From Podarcis bocagei (Eukaryota), in assembly GCA_964188305.1 (NCBI GenBank), contig OZ076895.1: DNA of 64,000 nt. The stretch is one strand, 5' to 3'. Positions 62,447 to 64,000 of the stretch are shown here, piece after piece. The notes under the pieces were generated by a model that worked only from the letters and a program-made list of their open reading frames with translations, did no database searches and was not told where the DNA came from. Numbering within the stretch: the first letter of the stretch is position 1; the number at the start of each line of letters is the position of its first letter. The position numbers and the translations under genes are program-made.

Positions 62447-63059
62447 CAGGGGTCAGCAAGGCTTACCAGGCATGGGCCGGAGCACTCCTGCGGAGATCCT
62501 CCGTGGGCCAGGCCGGCACAGCGTGACACCGGAAATCACTTCTGCACATGCCCAGATGCCAAAAATCGCACCTGCACAGAAGCGATTTTCGGCGTCTGAG
62601 CATGCACACAAGCGATTTCCGGTGCTGTGAACATGGGCAGACACGATTTCCGGCGTCTGGGCACAGTGGCGTTGCTTCATGCTCTGGCACCGGGGGAGGC
62701 GGACAGTAGCTGGGGGAGGGGTGCGCCACCCACAGGGGCAGGGCATGCGTTCTGGGAGTGGGGAGCACCGCCTGCGGCCAGTGCGGGCGGGAGGGGCAGC
62801 CGCGATGGAACCCCACCGGGATCGCGCTGCTGGGGGCGGTGCACTCCCACCGCACTCATCTTCCTCCACTAGTGCCTGGGCATGCACAGAAGCGATTTCC
62901 AGAGCCGTGGAAGAGAGTCCCTACACCACACTGTGCCAGTTTAGTGCAGCGCGTGGGGACTCGCCGAGCGGGCGGCTCAGTTCGGGGACGGCTTGTGGAC
63001 CGGTTAAATGGCCTCTGTGGGCTGCTTCTGGCCCAAGGGCCTTAGGTTGCCGGCCCCTG
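62447..63059. mobile_element. 613-bp GC-rich non-autonomous hAT (Charlie-type) element
   Basis: Perfect 8-bp TSD CACTAAAG (62439-62446, 63060-63067); TIRs CAGGGGTCAGCAA / TTGCCGGCCCCTG; internal GCGATTTCCGG and GCATGC repeats. Confidence 0.88.
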
Positions 63060-64000
63060 CACTAAAGGGTTGGGTGTGGCCCTGTGCTGTATCACAAATT
63101 GCTGTTAAAAGTCTCTAGTTTCAAAGGTGGTTTGCCATGGAGTAGTATGGAAGAGGGCTGCTATTTGAAAAACACAAGCCTAAAACATAAAGAACAAGTT
63201 GAATGGTCATTTAGATATTTGAAAAATGAAAAGACACACAAACGGATTGCAGAATTCAGCTTCACCACACACTGTATGTTGTGTATCAAAAGAGTGAGCA
63301 GACCAGGGAGTTCTGGGAAACCAGAGGAGAGTGTGTGCATCAGAGCTTTGCTGCTGCGCCAATGGACAGCTTATTTTCTCCTTGTCCACACCGGAAGTCT
63401 ACAGCACCAGATCATTTCCCCTTGCATACTAAGAAAACTTCCATTCACTTCTCAGGGATGGCCATTCTCCCTCCACATCCTGTATTGTGTTTATGTAACA
63501 TTCAACAAAGTATAATCAGAGACAGAGCATTGCCACAGGGCCTTACCACTGCTCAGGACTCCCCAGGGCTGGAAGAATGCTGCTATCCTGGGCTTTCCAC
63601 CTGGAAAAATACAGACAAGACTGGAAGAATATTGGAAGGACTGGAGTGAGTCCACAAGCCCATACCTAAGGGCCCACACGAGATACTGAGACCCAACAGC
63701 CTATAATGTGGAATCACAATCACCGCCAAGCAATAAATTTGGAACCAATTGTGTAGATCCCCAATCAGAGTTCAACTCAGAGTAGGGAAAGGTTCAACCC
63801 AACTTAACTCAAATACATTAACAGCAGATACCAACAGTGTATGTGCCAAATTATACCACCACCCGCCTAAATTAAATATAGCCTATGAAAGCATTGCACA
63901 ATGGGTAAGCTATGGAATCTGTAAACTGTAGTAAAAAATAACTTCTATGGTAGGGGAAAAGAAACATTTTTAAAATATGCACAACCATTATGAAAACCTA

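Noticed and set aside
62453-63065. GC-rich ORFs / CpG island of a gene promoter
   Set aside because: Almost entirely inside a TSD-bounded hAT element.

Overview
Eukaryotic, repeat-rich, essentially non-coding DNA from a squamate reptile. The Sauria/Squam1 SINE variant, Bov-B LINE and L2/CR1 remnants point to a lacertid lizard (recalled family knowledge, no search run). No host protein-coding exon could be supported. The only protein-like sequences are a decayed 5'-truncated Bov-B reverse transcriptase (50022-51250, minus) and an older L2 RT relic (about 5594-6495, minus). The window is probably a long intron or intergenic tract, with two weak minus-strand exon candidates (87 nt at 45671-45757, 18 nt at 23115-23132). 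Main contents: six Sauria SINEs, a clade of TA-flanked Tc1/mariner (Tigger/pogo-like) MITEs, several hAT MITEs with 8-bp TSDs including an OC1/OposCharlie-like copy, two solo LTRs and microsatellites. Most notable: (1) a 218-bp Penelope-like insertion (7238-7455) forming a perfect 90-bp inverted repeat that carries a minimal hammerhead ribozyme; (2) a MITE family whose copies share arms but carry different internal hairpin or short-repeat arrays; (3) a CpG-rich hAT element with octamer, CArG, KLF and CCAAT motifs inserted just upstream of a solo LTR TATA box. All coordinates were read by eye and may be off by a few bases.
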